64,000 nt of DNA, taken from Candidatus Omnitrophota bacterium. Its GTDB lineage: Bacteria > Omnitrophota > Omnitrophia > Omnitrophales > Aquincolibacteriaceae. Position numbers and translations under genes: made by a program. The DNA is taken from contig JBDRCT010000049.1 in NCBI GenBank assembly GCA_043821445.1, positions 3,872-67,871 of the forward strand, in the 5' to 3' direction. This document shows, in pieces, positions 56,707-64,000 of the stretch (its first letter is position 1; each line of letters begins with the position of its first letter). Below the pieces are notes generated by a model that saw only the letters and a list, made by a program, of their open reading frames with translations, was not told the origin of the DNA and did no database searches.

Positions 56707-57891
56707 ATGATCCCATTTAAAAAACACATCCAGGATATCAGGCCCTACGAACCCGGGAAGCCGATCAAGGAGCTTCAGCGGGAGTACGGGATCCGGAGCG
56801 TCATCAAGCTCGCCTCGAACGAAAACCCTCTCGGGCCATCCGGGAAGGCGATCAGCGCGATGCGCAGGGCGATCCGGGAAGTACACCTCTATCCGGAAGG
56901 GAGCTGTTATTATCTCCTGGCCCGTTTGTCCCAAGAGCTGGATCTCGACCCGGCGAACCTCATTTTCGGGAATGGCTCTAACGAAATCATCGAGCTTTTG
57001 GCACGCGGTTTTTTGTCCGAAGGCGACGAGATCATTTCTTCGGAAATGACCTTTCTGGTCTATCCGATCCTTTCTCAGGTCTGCGGTGCGAAGTTCAAGG
57101 CCGTTCCCATGAAGAACTACCGGTATGATCTCGAAGGGATCCTCCGGGCGATCACACCGAAGACCAAGCTTATTTTTATCGCGAATCCCAACAATCCGAC
57201 CGGTACTTACGTGACCGCGGGAGAGGTCGAGGATTTTCTTTCCAAGGTTCCCCCGAGCGTGGTCGTGTGTTTCGACGAGGCATACGTGGATTTCGTGGAG
57301 GCGGAAGATTTTCCGAAGATGCTCGCGTACATTAAGGGCGGCCGCCCTGAGAATACGGGCGAGCCTCGCCCTGCTTTTCCGCCGAAGGACGGATCTGTCC
57401 ACAGTATTTTGGCGGAGCAGGCGGGGCGGCCGAATGTGGTGGTCCTGAGGACGTTTTCCAAGGCGTATGGTCTGGCCGGTCTCCGCATCGGCTATGGCGC
57501 GGCCTCCAAGGAAATGGTGGATTATCTCCACAAGGTCCGCCAGCCGTTCAATGTGAATTCGGTCGCGCAGGCCGCGGTCGTGGCGGCGCTCGACGATTCG
57601 TTCTTTCTCTGGCGCACAAAATGGCTCGTGGTCCGGGGACGGAAATATTTCTACCGTAAGCTTAAGAAATTAGGGCTAGAATACCTGCCCAGCCAGGCGA
57701 ACTTCATCCTTGTCCATATGAAGACCGACGGCCAGGAAGTTTATCAGTACTTGCTGCGTCAGGGGATGATCGTCCGGCCGATGACCGCCTACAAACTGCC
57801 GGACTGGATACGTATCACAATCGGTCGGCGCAGCCAAAATGCACAGTTGATCCGGTTGTTGAAAGCGTATTTGAACAAGAAAACCGCTTGA
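56707..57891 (+). CDS. hisC: histidinol-phosphate aminotransferase with an in-frame insertion
   Basis: KLASNENP, GNGSNE, NPNNPTG, DEAY, RTFSKAYGLAGLRIGY. Confidence 0.95.
   Translation: MIPFKKHIQDIRPYEPGKPIKELQREYGIRSVIKLASNENPLGPSGKAISAMRRAIREVHLYPEGSCYYLLARLSQELDLDPANLIFGNGSNEIIELLARGFLSEGDEIISSEMTFLVYPILSQVCGAKFKAVPMKNYRYDLEGILRAITPKTKLIFIANPNNPTGTYVTAGEVEDFLSKVPPSVVVCFDEAYVDFVEAEDFPKMLAYIKGGRPENTGEPRPAFPPKDGSVHSILAEQAGRPNVVVLRTFSKAYGLAGLRIGYGAASKEMVDYLHKVRQPFNVNSVAQAAVVAALDDSFFLWRTKWLVVRGRKYFYRKLKKLGLEYLPSQANFILVHMKTDGQEVYQYLLRQGMIVRPMTAYKLPDWIRITIGRRSQNAQLIRLLKAYLNKKTA
57378..57416. repeat. 39-bp TCCGCC...GGCGGA palindromic element, in frame in hisC
   Basis: Homologous to 36891-36929 in the opposite orientation; nested within cctgc...gcagg. 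Confidence 0.75.
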
Positions 57892-57957
57892 ACAGCACAA
57901 CGCTCAACGCACAACGCGCAACGTGATAACCATTCGTTGACCGTTGCGCGTTGCGCC
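57892..57957. repeat. GCAACGC-family heptamer tandem/inverted repeat
   Basis: cacaacg-ctcaacg-cacaacg-cgcaacg ... cgttgac-cgttgcg-cgttgcg. Confidence 0.8.
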
Positions 57958-58012
57958 CTCAGCATAGCCTAATGAAGGCATAAGAGATAGCGATCGGAAG
58001 GGGATAAAAAGC

Positions 58013-59029
58013 ATGATTATAGTTCTCAAGAAGACCGCAACGCCGCAAGAACTGGAGCATATTTGTCAGAAAGTCCGCGAACTGGGGCTGACGCCGCAGG
58101 TTTCCCGGGGCGTTGAACGCACCGTGATCGGCGTGATCGGGGACGAAGAAAAGCTCCAGGTCCAGCCGCTCGAAGTCTTCCCGGGCGTTGAGTCCGTGAT
58201 GGCGATCCTTAAGCCTTACAAGCTTGCGAGTCGCGATTACAGGGTCGAGAACACCGAATTCGAGATGAGCAACGGCGTGAAAGTCGGCGGCAAGAAGATC
58301 GTCGTTATGGCCGGGCCGTGCGCCGTGGAGAACTATGACATGCTCCTGGACATTGCGAAGACCGTCAAGAGATCCGGTGCGACGTTCCTGCGCGGCGGGG
58401 CCTTTAAGCCGCGCACGTCGCCTTATTCTTTCCAAGGGCTCGGTGAGGAAGGCCTGAAATACCTGCGACAAGCGGCGGACGAGACGGACCTTCTGGTCGT
58501 GACCGAGGTGATGGATACGCGTCAGGTGGAGCTTGTGTCGCAATATGCGGACATGCTCCAGATCGGCGCGCGGAACATGCAAAATTTCGATCTCCTCAAG
58601 GAATGCGGCGCGACAAAAAAACCGGTGCTTTTAAAACGCGGCATGAGCGCGACCGTCAAGGACCTTTTGATGTCCGCCGAATACTTGCTTTCCAAGGGGA
58701 ATTTCAAGGTGATGCTCGGCGAGCGCGGTATTCGTACGTTCGAAACGTCGACGCGTAACACGCTTGATCTGAACGCCATCCCGGTGCTTAAAAAAGAGAC
58801 CCATTTACCGGTACTCGTGGACCCTTCGCACGGGACCGGATACCGTGATTTCGTGCCGCCCATGGCCATGGCAGGGGTCGCGGCCGGGTGTGACGGTTTG
58901 ATGGTCGAAGTCCATCAGAACCCCGAAGAGGCGAAAAGCGACGGAGAGCAGTCGGTATTGCCGGAGCAATTTGACGAAATGATGAAAAAAGTCCGTCTTA
59001 TCGCGCATGCGGTGGGAAGGGATATTTAA
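58013..59029 (+). CDS. aroF: 3-deoxy-7-phosphoheptulonate synthase (class I beta)
   Basis: AGPCAVE, RGGAFKPRTSPYSFQG, QIGARNMQNF, DPSH. Confidence 0.96.
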   Translation: MIIVLKKTATPQELEHICQKVRELGLTPQVSRGVERTVIGVIGDEEKLQVQPLEVFPGVESVMAILKPYKLASRDYRVENTEFEMSNGVKVGGKKIVVMAGPCAVENYDMLLDIAKTVKRSGATFLRGGAFKPRTSPYSFQGLGEEGLKYLRQAADETDLLVVTEVMDTRQVELVSQYADMLQIGARNMQNFDLLKECGATKKPVLLKRGMSATVKDLLMSAEYLLSKGNFKVMLGERGIRTFETSTRNTLDLNAIPVLKKETHLPVLVDPSHGTGYRDFVPPMAMAGVAAGCDGLMVEVHQNPEEAKSDGEQSVLPEQFDEMMKKVRLIAHAVGRDI

Positions 59030-59031
59030 AA

Positions 59032-59088
59032 ACAGCGCAACGGGCAACGCACAACGCGCAACGTTAGAACTTCTCGTTGAGCATTGCA
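59032..59088. repeat. GCAACGC-family heptamer tandem/inverted repeat
   Basis: cgcaacg-ggcaacg-cacaacg-cgcaacg ... cgttgag-cattgca. Confidence 0.8.
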
Positions 59089-59119
59089 CGTAGAACCTGT
59101 AGTAAAGGTGATAAACTTT

Positions 59120-59953
59120 ATGTTTAAGAGGATCGTTATAGTAGGCCTGGGATTGATGGGCGGCTCATTGGCGGCGGCGTGCCGGAAAAAATTCCCCATG
59201 GCCCGGATCATCGGGGTCAGTCGCAGTCGCGAAGCCCTTGCACTCGCCAAAAAAAAGAAGTGGGTTCACGAAACCACGCGGGATGTGTCGCTCGGCGCGC
59301 AGGGCGCGGACCTCGTGGTGCTTTGCACGCCCGTCGACACTTTCCTTCCTTACCTCAAAGTGATCGACAAGGTTTGCGCGAAAGGTGCCTTGGTGATGGA
59401 CGTCGGCAGTGTCAAAGTGTCCGTTCTGAAAGAAGCAGGCTCGCGCCGTTGGAAGAACCTCTCGTTTGTCGGGTGTCATCCCATGGTCGGTTCTCACAAG
59501 CGGGGGATCCAGGCGGTCAATCCCGCGCTCTACCAAGGAGGTTTGGTGCTTTTGACGCCTGACCAGAGAACCTGCCCCAGCGCCTACCGAAGGGCCAAAA
59601 AGTTCTGGCAGGGCTTTACTCCCAAGATCGTGGAGTTGACCCCCGAGATGCATGACCGGCTCGTGGGGGAGGTTAGCCATCTGCCGCACGCGATGGCGGC
59701 TTGTCTTGTGCGCACCGTGTCGGTGCCCGCGCTCAAAATGGCTTCGACCGGTTTTTATGACACCACGCGCATTGCCGCCGCCGCTTCATCGATCTGGCAG
59801 CCGATCTTTTCCGCGAACCGGAAAGTCATGCTCGGTGTTTTGAGCCGTTTCGAGAGAGAGTTCCGGACATTCAAAAAGCTCCTTCGTTCGCAGGACCCGA
59901 AAGCGCTTGAGCGCTATCTTGATAAGGCTCAGAAGATTCGTGAGCGCATTTAG
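59120..59953 (+). CDS. tyrA: prephenate dehydrogenase
   Basis: GLGLMGGS, DVGSVK, HPMVGS, HD.....SHLPH, DTTRIA. Confidence 0.94.
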   Translation: MFKRIVIVGLGLMGGSLAAACRKKFPMARIIGVSRSREALALAKKKKWVHETTRDVSLGAQGADLVVLCTPVDTFLPYLKVIDKVCAKGALVMDVGSVKVSVLKEAGSRRWKNLSFVGCHPMVGSHKRGIQAVNPALYQGGLVLLTPDQRTCPSAYRRAKKFWQGFTPKIVELTPEMHDRLVGEVSHLPHAMAACLVRTVSVPALKMASTGFYDTTRIAAAASSIWQPIFSANRKVMLGVLSRFEREFRTFKKLLRSQDPKALERYLDKAQKIRERI

Positions 59954-60023
59954 CGCAACGCACAACGCGCAAAGCGCAACGTAAAAGCTTTTTCACTGTG
60001 CGTTGACCGTTGCGCATTGAGCG
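59952..60023. repeat. GCAACGC-family heptamer tandem/inverted repeat
   Basis: cgcaacg-cacaacg-cgcaaag-cgcaacg ... cgttgac-cgttgcg-cattgag. Confidence 0.8.
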
Positions 60024-60186
60024 TAAAAAAGACCCTTCCCAAATCCGGAAGATATGCTATACTCCACGCGTTCGCATTGATTTCGGTTCCGGCCCTGCGC
60101 CAGGGATCGAGAGGGAAAAACGGTGCGGACCCCCATTTTCATGCGATCCCAATGAGAAGGGGACTCTCAAGGAGGTTTTCCCTATT

Positions 60187-61749
60187 ATGAATTCCACGTT
60201 TTTAGAGTTGTACGAGAAGTCTTTTCAGGACATCAAGATCGGTGAGGTCGTCAAAGGCACCGTGATCGCGGTCCACGAACGCGATATTGTCGTCGATATT
60301 GCCTACAAAGCCGAAGGCGTCCTGCCCAAGGATGAGTTTTCCAATCCGGAACTTCTGACCGTCGGCTCAGAGGTTGAAGTGCTGTTCGAAGGTTTTAATG
60401 ATGTTGAAGGCATGGCGATCCTTTCCAAGCGTAAGGCTGACCGCCAAAAGACCTGGAACGATATTCTCTCCAATGCCACCGAAGGCGCCATTGTGGACGG
60501 ACGTATTTCGCGCAAGGTGCGCGGAGGCTTCATGGTCGATATCGGCATGGAGGCGTTCTTGCCGGCGTCGCTCGTGGACATCAAGCCGGTCCGCAATCAG
60601 GATATGTTCATCGGTTTGCAGAGCAAATTTCTCGTCGTGAAGATCAACCATAAGCGTAAAAACGTCGTAGTTTCGCGCAAGGACCTTCTCGAGAAAAGCC
60701 GCAATGAGGCCCGCACGGAAAAACTGAGCACCCTCAAGGTGGGTCAGGTCGTGAAGGGTAAAGTGAAGAACATCACGGATTTCGGCGTCTTCATCGATGT
60801 CGGAAACCTTGATGGTCTTCTCCATATCACGGACATGAGCTGGGGGCGTATTTCGCACCCCTCTGACCTTGTGAAGATCGGCGACGACATCGAAGTCGTC
60901 GTCATCTCGATCGACCAGGTCAAACAGAAGATCTCCCTCGGTCTCAAGCAGAAGGGGACCAATCCCTGGGTCGCGGTCGATCAGCGTTATGCCATCGGGA
61001 ATCAGGTCCGCGGCAAGGTCGTCAATATTCTGCCGTACGGCGCGTTCGTGGAACTTGAGCCCGGCATCGAAGGGCTGGTCCACATCAGCGAATTGTCCTG
61101 GACCAAGCGCGTCAATCATCCGAGTGAGATCCTTTCGATCGGCATGGAGCTGGATGTTGTGATCCTGAGCCTTGATACGGCCGCGAAAAAGATCTCGCTG
61201 GGCGCGAAACAGGCGCAGGAGAATCCCTGGACCACCGCGTCCGACAGGTTCCAGGTCGGCAGTCACGCGACCGGGACCATCCGGAATCTTACCGACTACG
61301 GCGCATTCATCGAACTCGAGCCTGGCATCGAGGGGCTGCTTCACGTCTCCGATATTTCATGGATCCACAAGGTCGCCAAACCCTCGGATGTCCTCAAAAA
61401 AGGGGGTGCGGCGGAAGTGATGATCCTTGCGGTGGATACGGATGCGAAGAAGATCTCGCTGGGGATGAAGCAGCTCTCCGACGATCCATGGAACGAACTC
61501 ACCAAAAATTTTCTCACGGGTCTTGAACTTCAGGGCAAGGTCACGAGGGTCGTGAATTTCGGGGTTTTTGTGGAGCTGGACAACGGCCTCGAGGGGCTGA
61601 TCCATGTCTCCGAGATCCCGGATTGTTCCGCGCAGGACCTTGCGAAACGTTTCAACGTGAGCGACACGCTCCGTTGCAGCATCCTGAACGTGGACCACGA
61701 AGGACGCAAGATCGCGTTGAGTTGCAAGAACGAGCCGATCACGGCCTAA
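60187..61749 (+). CDS. rpsA: 30S ribosomal protein S1
   Basis: Repeated S1 domains (FGVFID...DGLLHITDMSW, YGAFVELEPGIEGLVHISE); AAGGAGG upstream. Confidence 0.96.
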   Translation: MNSTFLELYEKSFQDIKIGEVVKGTVIAVHERDIVVDIAYKAEGVLPKDEFSNPELLTVGSEVEVLFEGFNDVEGMAILSKRKADRQKTWNDILSNATEGAIVDGRISRKVRGGFMVDIGMEAFLPASLVDIKPVRNQDMFIGLQSKFLVVKINHKRKNVVVSRKDLLEKSRNEARTEKLSTLKVGQVVKGKVKNITDFGVFIDVGNLDGLLHITDMSWGRISHPSDLVKIGDDIEVVVISIDQVKQKISLGLKQKGTNPWVAVDQRYAIGNQVRGKVVNILPYGAFVELEPGIEGLVHISELSWTKRVNHPSEILSIGMELDVVILSLDTAAKKISLGAKQAQENPWTTASDRFQVGSHATGTIRNLTDYGAFIELEPGIEGLLHVSDISWIHKVAKPSDVLKKGGAAEVMILAVDTDAKKISLGMKQLSDDPWNELTKNFLTGLELQGKVTRVVNFGVFVELDNGLEGLIHVSEIPDCSAQDLAKRFNVSDTLRCSILNVDHEGRKIALSCKNEPITA

Positions 61750-61763
61750 ATTAAAATCGATCA

Positions 61764-63014
61764 ATGACGAGCCCCAGGAACCGAAGAGTCGTTATCACGG
61801 GCCTGGGGGTCGTTTCGTCGGTCGGCTTCGGGAAAGAAGCCTTTTGGGATTCTATCTCCAACGGCCGTAGCGGCATTTCCAATATCACCGCTTTTGATGC
61901 CACCCAGTTCACCACCCGCTTTGCCGGCGAGATCAAGGATTTCGATCCGTCCGCCTATATCCTCCCCAAAAAACTCAAACGTATGGACCGCACGACGCAA
62001 TTGGCGGTCGTGGCTTCCAAGATGGCCGTTGAGGACGCGAAGCTTGATCTCGAAGAGCCCGGGGTCCGCGAGCGGACCGGGGTGATCATCGGCGCGGCTT
62101 TGGCGGGCGTAGGTTTTATTCTGGAGCAACATGAGGTGATGTTGAAAAAAGGCCCGATGAGGCTCAATCCCTTTACGGCGCTCGCCTCTTTTCCGGACGC
62201 TTGCGCCGGCAACGTCTCGATCGAGTTGGGTGTGAAGGGCCCGAGTTTTTCTATCGCGACCGCCTGCTCTTCGGCTTCCGACGCGTGCGGGTATGCCCTG
62301 GATGCGATCCAGAGCGGGGACCTTGATTTCTTGATCATGGGGGGCGCGGAAGCAACGATCTTTCCCGGCATTGTGGCCTCTTTTTGCGTGGCCCGCGCGC
62401 TTTCGACCCGGAACGACCAGCCCGAAAAAGCCTCACGCCCGTTCAGTATGGACCGTGACGGATTCGTCCTGGGAGAAGGGGCCGGGATGCTGGTTTTGGA
62501 GGAATATGAGCACGCCAAAAAACGGGGGGCGCATATTTATGCGGAGATCCTCGGCCACGGCATGACCTGCGATGCGTATCACATGACGGCGCCGGACCCG
62601 GAAGGGACCGAGGCGGTCCGTGCCATGCAGCTCGCGATGGAAAGCGCCGGGGTGGAACCGGGCGAGATCGACTACATCAATGCCCACGGAACCTCGACGT
62701 CTCTCAATGATAAAACGGAGACCCTGGTCATCAAGAAAGTTTTCGGTCCGCGGGCTTATGAAATCCCCATCAGTTCCGTAAAATCCATGATCGGCCATCT
62801 GATCGGCGCGGCCGGCAGCGTGGAGCTTATTGCAACGCTCCTCGCCATGGAACATCAGCTGATCCCTCCGACCATCAATTGCAACTCCAAAGACCCCGAA
62901 TGTGATCTGGACTATGTCCCCAATACGGCACGTAAAGCCAATATCCGGATCGCGATGAAGAACTCATTCGGTTTCGGCGGCAAGAATTCCATCCTGATAC
63001 TCAAGAAAGTGTAA
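61764..63014 (+). CDS. fabF: 3-oxoacyl-ACP synthase II
   Basis: RRVVITGLG, TACSS, YINAHGTST, KSMIGH, NSFGFGG. Confidence 0.95.
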   Translation: MTSPRNRRVVITGLGVVSSVGFGKEAFWDSISNGRSGISNITAFDATQFTTRFAGEIKDFDPSAYILPKKLKRMDRTTQLAVVASKMAVEDAKLDLEEPGVRERTGVIIGAALAGVGFILEQHEVMLKKGPMRLNPFTALASFPDACAGNVSIELGVKGPSFSIATACSSASDACGYALDAIQSGDLDFLIMGGAEATIFPGIVASFCVARALSTRNDQPEKASRPFSMDRDGFVLGEGAGMLVLEEYEHAKKRGAHIYAEILGHGMTCDAYHMTAPDPEGTEAVRAMQLAMESAGVEPGEIDYINAHGTSTSLNDKTETLVIKKVFGPRAYEIPISSVKSMIGHLIGAAGSVELIATLLAMEHQLIPPTINCNSKDPECDLDYVPNTARKANIRIAMKNSFGFGGKNSILILKKV

Positions 63015-63159
63015 CTAGACTGAAGACCTCAGACTAGAGACTACAGACCAGAGCCGAAAGTCCGCGGGTGTTTCCTTGCTCAGAAAGGATACCTCTATTT
63101 ATGGATGGGCGGGATGGATTTAAAAAGTCTGCGGTCTATGGTCTGAAGTCTGTGGTCTA
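63015..63159. repeat. degenerate heptamer (AGACTAG/AGACTAC-like) tandem/inverted repeat between convergent genes
   Basis: agactga-agacctc-agactag-agactac-agaccag ... gtctgcg-gtctatg-gtctgaa-gtctgtg-gtcta. Confidence 0.75.
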
Positions 63160-63171
63160 AAGCGGCGGGTA

Positions 63172-64000
63172 CTATTCTAGATCTTCGTTAGTTGCATCGC
63201 CGACTGTTGCGAGATTCTTGCGGTGTCCGATCGTATCGGCCGCCGCGCCGGAGCCGTCCAGGATCCCGCGTTTGGAGGCTTCGATGAACTCGACCATGTG
63301 GGCCACTTCGGGGCTCTTGAGGGAATTTTTGATCTGGTCGATCGCCTGGCTGACATTCATGCCGGAGCGGTAAAGAAGTTTGTAGGCTTCCTTGATCTCG
63401 GCGCGCACCTGCGGTCCGATCCCCGCGCGCCTCATGCCCACCACATTGATCCCTTGCGCCACGCCCGGTCGGCCGCCGCAAACCACGTACGGAGGAATGT
63501 CCTTATTGATCGCGGTCAGGGCGCTGACCATGGCCAACGTGCCGATGCGCGTAAATTGGTGAAAGCCGGTCATGCCCGAAAGGAACGCCTTGTCCTCGAC
63601 CACGCAGTGGCCGGTCAGAGAAGCTTGGTTTACCATGATGATATTATTGCCGAGGTGGCAATTGTGCGCGATATGGCAATAGGCCATAAGAAAATTTTCG
63701 TCGCCGATCACAGTAGCCGTGCCTTCTTTTGTGCCGCGGTGAATGGTGACGAATTCGCGGATGACGTTCTTAGAGCCGATCTTGGTGAAAGTCTCCTGTC
63801 CTTGATAGGCAAGGTCCTGGGGTTCGTGGCCGATCACGGCATTCATGTGGAGGATGTTGTAATTCCCGATCTCGGTCCCGCGAGCGAGGTAAGCTCCGGC
63901 CAGGATCTTATTATGGGAGCCGATCTTGACCCCGTCCTCCAGGATGACGTGCGGGCCAATGATGTTATGAACCCCGATCTCGACCTGTTTTCCGATAATG
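63172..64000 (-). CDS. lpxA: acyl-ACP--UDP-N-acetylglucosamine O-acyltransferase (5' end outside window)
   Basis: PQDL, IREFVTIHRGT, HIAHNC, HQFTRIG, GINVVGMRR; hexapeptide repeats continue to the window edge. Confidence 0.93.
   Translation of the reverse strand, partial: IIGKQVEIGVHNIIGPHVILEDGVKIGSHNKILAGAYLARGTEIGNYNILHMNAVIGHEPQDLAYQGQETFTKIGSKNVIREFVTIHRGTKEGTATVIGDENFLMAYCHIAHNCHLGNNIIMVNQASLTGHCVVEDKAFLSGMTGFHQFTRIGTLAMVSALTAINKDIPPYVVCGGRPGVAQGINVVGMRRAGIGPQVRAEIKEAYKLLYRSGMNVSQAIDQIKNSLKSPEVAHMVEFIEASKRGILDGSGAAADTIGHRKNLATVGDATNEDLE

Overview
Bacterial chromosomal window with mostly + strand genes. Candidatus Omnitrophota is my guess from the gene content and the giant gene; it is not shown by the sequence. 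Layout: gltX, a response regulator, glnS and tRNA-Gln; nfnAB and rex; a ~16 kb operon for an Mrp-antiporter-linked group 4 [NiFe]-hydrogenase with an upstream NAD(P)H module; tRNA-Leu and sugar-phosphate, cell-envelope and housekeeping genes; a 17.4 kb giant gene (5802 aa); then trpS, scpAB, pheA, hisC, aroF, tyrA, rpsA, fabF and a partial lpxA. Two systems stand out. (1) The giant protein is divided into about 20 self-contained modules by 21 copies of the pentapeptide R-S-E-[AVMIL]-[RK], conserved despite varied codons. Modules include HEAT repeats, adenylate kinase, a guanylate kinase circularly permuted at the motif, a kinase-like domain, a UDP-sugar pyrophosphorylase-like domain, and two modules with their own internal lipoprotein signals. 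The N-terminal domain has Tiki/TraB/ChaN-like motifs, so it may be a self-processing polyprotein or a cassette array. (2) The hydrogenase operon has no hypB/D/E/F. It ends instead in a zinc-finger-less HypA, a HypC-HydE fusion and HydG, suggesting a hybrid cofactor-maturation route. Many degenerate 7-8 nt tandem/inverted repeat elements occur, plus short palindromes inserted in frame within genes. All family assignments come from motif recognition by eye; no searches were run.
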